This document shows positions 59,494-64,000 of a DNA stretch of 64,000 bases, piece by piece (positions within the stretch are counted from its first letter, which is position 1; each line of letters begins with the position of its first letter). The stretch is from an uncultured Pelagibacteraceae bacterium (GTDB lineage Bacteria > Pseudomonadota > Alphaproteobacteria > Pelagibacterales > Pelagibacteraceae). The notes below the pieces were generated by a model. It did not search any database and was not told the origin of the DNA. It saw nothing but the letters and a program-made list of their open reading frames with translations. The position numbers and the translations under genes were made by a program. The DNA lies in assembly GCA_902571925.1 (NCBI GenBank), contig CACGDW010000001.1, positions 85,483 through 149,482 on the forward strand, in the 5' to 3' direction.

Positions 59494-60411
59494 TTATCTT
59501 TTATAAGAATTTTTTGATTTCATTTTCAATATTTTTCCAACCTCTAACCCAAGGTCTTTTGCATTTTCAATTTTAGAAGATCTTTTTTCAAAAAATCTCT
59601 GCTTTCCATCTAAAGAAAATAACTCAGCTTTTAAAAAAATTTTATCTTCATCTATAGTGGCATGAACTCCAACTGCTGTCTCACAATCACCTTCTAAAAC
59701 TTTTAAAACATTTCTTTCAGCATGTGCTCTGAAAAATGTTTCTTGATCATTGATTTTATCTAGATAGGAAATAATTTTTTCATCATCATGTCGACATTGA
59801 AGTGCTATTATTCCTTGTCCCGCACTCGGGATTACTTCTTCTATTGAAAACACTTGAGTCACATTATTGTTTAATGTTAAAGATTTTACCCCTGCATAAG
59901 ATAGCATTATTGCATCGTACAAACCATCATTAAGTTTTTTTATCCTTGTATCAACATTACCTCTTATAAGTTTACAATTTAGATCTGATCTAATTTTTTT
60001 AATTTGAAATTCCCTCCTATAGGATGAAGTTCCAATTACTGAATCAATTTTTAAATCTTTTAATTTTTTTTTGTCTTTAGTTATTAAAATTTCTCTTGGG
60101 TCATTTCTTTTCAAAAATGAGTCTGTTCTTAATCCATCTGTCTCAATTGCAGGCATATCTTTCAATGCATGAACTGCTATATCTATCTTTTTATCTTTAA
60201 GTTCTTTTTCTATACTTGTTGAAAACAAACCTTTGCCACCTACTTCAGATAATCTTATATCTTCAAATTCATCTCCTTTTGTAGTTATTTCTTTAATTAT
60301 AATATCTTCATCATTTAATTTTGTTTTTTGAATTATAGAATTTTTAGCATTTTGTGCATAAATTAACGCTAACTTACTTCCTCTAGATCCAATGATTATT
60401 TTCTTTTGCAT
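59494..60411 (-). CDS. hemC: Porphobilinogen deaminase
   Basis: GSRGSKLA, GGKGLF, VHALKDMP, GTSSYRR, RGNVDTR, LEGDC. Confidence 0.96.
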   Translation of the reverse strand: MQKKIIIGSRGSKLALIYAQNAKNSIIQKTKLNDEDIIIKEITTKGDEFEDIRLSEVGGKGLFSTSIEKELKDKKIDIAVHALKDMPAIETDGLRTDSFLKRNDPREILITKDKKKLKDLKIDSVIGTSSYRREFQIKKIRSDLNCKLIRGNVDTRIKKLNDGLYDAIMLSYAGVKSLTLNNNVTQVFSIEEVIPSAGQGIIALQCRHDDEKIISYLDKINDQETFFRAHAERNVLKVLEGDCETAVGVHATIDEDKIFLKAELFSLDGKQRFFEKRSSKIENAKDLGLEVGKILKMKSKNSYKR

Positions 60412-60467
60412 AAATAAATTTATTTCTTACTTGTATTGAGATTGTACAATTATTAAAAACTAATTGA

Positions 60468-61541
60468 ATGAGTAAAAAACCCTTAATTCTTGGAATAGAA
60501 ACTAGTTGTGATGAGACGGCAGCATCCATTATAACTGAAAATGAGCAAGGAAATCCTATTATTTTATCGAATATTGTTTCAAGCCAAACTGAGGTACATA
60601 AAAAATTTGGGGGGGTAGTTCCAGAACTTGCTGCTCGTTCTCATATAGAGAAGATAGATTCGATCGTTCAAAAAGCCATTGATGAAAGTGGAAAAAAAAT
60701 AGAAGAAATTGATGCGGTAGCTTCAACAGCTGGACCTGGTTTAGTTGTGTGTTTATCAGTTGGATTAAGTTTTGGAAAAGCATTCTCATCTTTAATTAAT
60801 AAACCTTTTATAGCAGTAAATCATTTAGAAGGGCACGCATTAAGTCCTAAACTAAATTCTAAATTAAATTATCCATATCTAGTTTTGTTAATCTCCGGAG
60901 GACACTCACAATTTTTAAATGTTCAAGCTCTTGGAAAGTACAAAAGATTAGGAACAACTATTGATGATGCTTTAGGAGAAGCTTTCGATAAAACAGCAAA
61001 ACTTTTAGGAATTGAGTTTCCTGGTGGTCCAATGATTGAGATCTTAGCAAAAAAAGGAAATCCAAATAAATACAATCTACCTAAACCAATCTTAAATAAA
61101 GGTGGTTGTAACTTATCTTTCGCAGGACTTAAAACAGCTATTCTTAAAATAACTAAAAATATTAAAACAGATCAAGAAAAATTTGATCTTGCAGCTTCTT
61201 TTCAAAAAACAATTGAAGAAATATTATACAAAAAGACTAGGATTGCTTTTACTGAGTTTGAAAAACAAAATAACTTAAAGAATAAAATATTTGTTATTGC
61301 GGGTGGGGTGGCTTCTAATAAAAGTATCAGATCTATGTTAATTAACTTATGTAAACAGGAAAACTATGAAAGTATTTTTCCACCAATCCAACTTTGTAGC
61401 GATAATGCTGCAATGATTGCTATGGTTGGATTAGAAAAATTTAAATTAAAACAATTTGATAAATTAGATTATCCAGCTAAACCTAGGTGGCCACTAGATG
61501 AAAATGCGGTTTTTCTTAAAGGTGCTGGGGTTCAATTATAA
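60468..61541 (+). CDS. tsaD: tRNA N6-adenosine threonylcarbamoyltransferase
   Basis: LGIETSCDET, GGVVPELAARSH, NHLEGH, SGGH, DDALGEAFDK, DNAAMIA. Confidence 0.97.
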   Translation: MSKKPLILGIETSCDETAASIITENEQGNPIILSNIVSSQTEVHKKFGGVVPELAARSHIEKIDSIVQKAIDESGKKIEEIDAVASTAGPGLVVCLSVGLSFGKAFSSLINKPFIAVNHLEGHALSPKLNSKLNYPYLVLLISGGHSQFLNVQALGKYKRLGTTIDDALGEAFDKTAKLLGIEFPGGPMIEILAKKGNPNKYNLPKPILNKGGCNLSFAGLKTAILKITKNIKTDQEKFDLAASFQKTIEEILYKKTRIAFTEFEKQNNLKNKIFVIAGGVASNKSIRSMLINLCKQENYESIFPPIQLCSDNAAMIAMVGLEKFKLKQFDKLDYPAKPRWPLDENAVFLKGAGVQL

Positions 61542-61954
61542 TGCAGTATTGGCTAATGAAATCAGAACCTGATGTTTGGTCAATAGAACAACAGAAAAAA
61601 GCTGGAATAAAGGGAGCTCCATGGGATGGAGTTAGAAATTATCAAGCTGCTAAAAATTTAAAAGCTATGAGGAATGGAGATAGATGTTTTTTTTATCATT
61701 CAAATATTGGTAAAGAAATCGTTGGAATTGTAGAAGTTGTAAAAGAGCATTACTTAGACAAAACAGACCCATCTGGTCGATTTGTAGCTGTAACTGTTAA
61801 ATTTTTAGAAAAACTAGTTAAGCCCATTACACTTGAAGAAATTAAAAAAAACAAGCAATTAAGCCATTTATCATTAATTAAACAAAGTAGGTTATCTGTT
61901 ATGCCAATAGACTCTAAAAGCTGGAAAATCATAAATAACATGGGTAAGATTTAA
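61541..61954 (+). CDS. EVE domain protein
   Basis: [28 protein letters not shown]. Confidence 0.92.
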   Translation: MQYWLMKSEPDVWSIEQQKKAGIKGAPWDGVRNYQAAKNLKAMRNGDRCFFYHSNIGKEIVGIVEVVKEHYLDKTDPSGRFVAVTVKFLEKLVKPITLEEIKKNKQLSHLSLIKQSRLSVMPIDSKSWKIINNMGKI

Positions 61955-61967
61955 TATAAAAAATTTT

Positions 61968-64000
61968 ATGCCAAAAAAAAAGAAAAAATCTAGAATTAAA
62001 AAAAAACCTTTAAAGAAGAGAGTAAATAAAATCAAAAAAAAACCCTTAAAAAGGAAAAGAAATAGAATAAAGAAAAAAACTTCACAAAAAAAAGTAACAA
62101 AAAAAAGACCTGGAGTTAAAATACAAAAAAATTTATCCACAGAGCTAATTTTTAAAACAAAAAAAGAATGGATCAAAAATAGCCTCGCTAATAAATCTCA
62201 ATATCAAAATAAATATAATGAGTCTGTTAAAAACAATAATGCATTTTGGAAAAGAGAAGGAAAAAGAATTTCTTGGATTAAACCCTACAAAAAAATTAAA
62301 GATATTAAGTACAGCAAAGAGGAAGTCAGAATTAAATGGTATGAGGATGGTACATTAAACGCATCATCAAACTGTATAGATAGACATCTTAAGGATAAAA
62401 AAGATAAAACTGCTATAATTTGGGTTGGGGACGATCCTAAAGATACACAAAAAATTTCATACAAACAACTTCATCAAAAGGTTTCAAGAGCAGCCAATGG
62501 GTTAAAAAAACTTGGGATTAAAAAAGGTGATCGAGTAACGATATATCTTACTATGATCCCAGAACTAGCAATTTTAATGCTAGCGTGTGCTCGAATTGGA
62601 GCTGTTCATTCAATAATTTTTGGTGGTTTTTCAGCTGAGTCAATTTCTGGAAGAGTTAACGACTGTGAGTCTGAATACATAATAACTGCAGATGAAGGAG
62701 TTAGAGGAGGAAAATCTATTCCACTAAAAGCAACAACAGATGAAGCATTAACAAACTGTCCTAATGTTAAAAAATGTATTGTTGTTAAAAGAACTGGAAA
62801 TTATGTTTATTGGAATAATGATCGAGACGTTTGGTACCACGATTTAATAAAAGATGTATCTAACCACTGCGAACCTGAGGAAATGAATGCTGAAGATCCA
62901 TTATTTATTCTTTATACTTCGGGATCAACAGGAAAGCCAAAGGGTGTTCTTCATACAACTGGGGGATATATGGTTTATGCTTCAATGACTCATCAATACA
63001 TCTTTAATTATAAACCCAAAGATATTTATTGGTGTACTGCTGACATAGGGTGGGTTACTGGTCATAGTTATATTATTTATGGCCCTTTATCTAATGGAGC
63101 AACAACCATTATGTTTGAAGGTGTGCCAAATTATCCTGATAGTTCTAGGTGGTGGCAAATTGTAGATAAATTTAAAGTTAATACATTTTACACAGCACCT
63201 ACAGCAATAAGAGCTTTGATGAGAGAAGGGAACGACCCTGTAAATAAGACATCTAGAAAATCTCTAAAATTATTAGGAACTGTAGGAGAACCAATAAATC
63301 CTGAGGCTTGGATGTGGTATTATAAAATTGTTGGTAACTCTAAATGTCCAATAGTAGATACATGGTGGCAAACCGAAACTGGAGGAATTTTAATCTCACC
63401 TCAAACTGGAGCTATTCCATTGAAGCCAGGTTCTGCAACAAAACCTTTTTATGGTATTAAACCAGTTATAGTGGATAAAAATGGTAAAGAAATTAAAGGA
63501 GCAGGGGAAGGCAGACTTTGTATATCTCAATCATGGCCAGGTCAAATGAGAACTGTTTATGGTGACCATCAAAGATTCATAGACACATATTTTTCTCAAT
63601 TTGATGGTAAATATTTTACTGGTGACGGATGTAAAAGAGATAAGGATGGATATTACTGGATTACTGGCAGAGTCGATGATGTAATAATTGTATCAGGACA
63701 TAATTTAGGAACAGCAGAAATTGAAAGTGCATTTGTTGCTCATCCTAAAGTTGCTGAAGCTGCAGTCGTAGGTTACCCACATGACATCAAGGGAAATGGT
63801 CTATATTGTTATGTAACTTTAAATGCTGGTGAGAATGAAAGTGGTGATCTTGAAAGAGACCTTAAACTTTGGGTGAGAAAACAAATTGGACCGCTAGCAA
63901 CACCTGATCTAATTCATTTTAGCCCTGGATTGCCAAAAACTAGATCTGGAAAAATTATGAGAAGGATACTTAGAAAAATTGCAGCAAATGAACATGACCA
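61968..64000 (+). CDS. acs: Acetyl-CoA synthetase with polybasic N-terminal extension (3' end beyond window)
   Basis: Not in ORF track; hand translation from ATG 61968 reads into KWYEDGTLN, and further on [42 protein letters not shown]. Confidence 0.95.
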   Translation, partial: MPKKKKKSRIKKKPLKKRVNKIKKKPLKRKRNRIKKKTSQKKVTKKRPGVKIQKNLSTELIFKTKKEWIKNSLANKSQYQNKYNESVKNNNAFWKREGKRISWIKPYKKIKDIKYSKEEVRIKWYEDGTLNASSNCIDRHLKDKKDKTAIIWVGDDPKDTQKISYKQLHQKVSRAANGLKKLGIKKGDRVTIYLTMIPELAILMLACARIGAVHSIIFGGFSAESISGRVNDCESEYIITADEGVRGGKSIPLKATTDEALTNCPNVKKCIVVKRTGNYVYWNNDRDVWYHDLIKDVSNHCEPEEMNAEDPLFILYTSGSTGKPKGVLHTTGGYMVYASMTHQYIFNYKPKDIYWCTADIGWVTGHSYIIYGPLSNGATTIMFEGVPNYPDSSRWWQIVDKFKVNTFYTAPTAIRALMREGNDPVNKTSRKSLKLLGTVGEPINPEAWMWYYKIVGNSKCPIVDTWWQTETGGILISPQTGAIPLKPGSATKPFYGIKPVIVDKNGKEIKGAGEGRLCISQSWPGQMRTVYGDHQRFIDTYFSQFDGKYFTGDGCKRDKDGYYWITGRVDDVIIVSGHNLGTAEIESAFVAHPKVAEAAVVGYPHDIKGNGLYCYVTLNAGENESGDLERDLKLWVRKQIGPLATPDLIHFSPGLPKTRSGKIMRRILRKIAANEHD

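Noticed and set aside
642-60789. Numerous 60-140-aa ORF-track entries antisense to, or frame-shifted within, recognised genes (e.g. 642-833, 19105-19407, 25721-26149, 35596-35979, 56583-56852)
   Set aside because: They lie within well-supported genes on the opposite strand, have shadow-ORF composition and show no motifs
61892-62176. 94-aa Phe-rich ORF on minus strand
   Set aside because: Antisense shadow of the poly-Lys (AAA) acs 5' region

Overview
AT-rich, very tightly packed alphaproteobacterial chromosome segment. The gene content and order (dmdC-dmdB-hydrolase-dmdA between leuB and asd, tiny intergenic spacers, ffh leader RNA) point strongly to a SAR11/Pelagibacter genome. It carries TCA genes (sucC partial, mdh, sdhCDAB), an inserted TRAP + Fe-ADH + MmsA + IclR catabolic module, the DMSP demethylation genes, leuBDC, rplS-trmD-rpsP-ffh, dapF-ftsY, a second TRAP system with an amidase and a 2-hydroxy/2-oxo-acid redox cluster, ccmCDEFGH, argG, a two-photolyase cluster, folD, hemCD, tsaD and a partial acs. 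No rRNA, tRNA, CRISPR array, transposase or integrase was recognised. The most interesting signals are: the DddB/DddC-like module next to dmdABC; an orphan alpha/beta hydrolase inside the dmd operon; a long hairpin in the 175-bp ccmC-hspQ spacer; a photolyase locus with an inverted-domain photolyase, an FeS-less (6-4)-type photolyase and an SDR lacking the catalytic Tyr; and a histone-like polybasic N-terminal tail on Acs. All assignments come from motif recognition by eye; no database searches were run.
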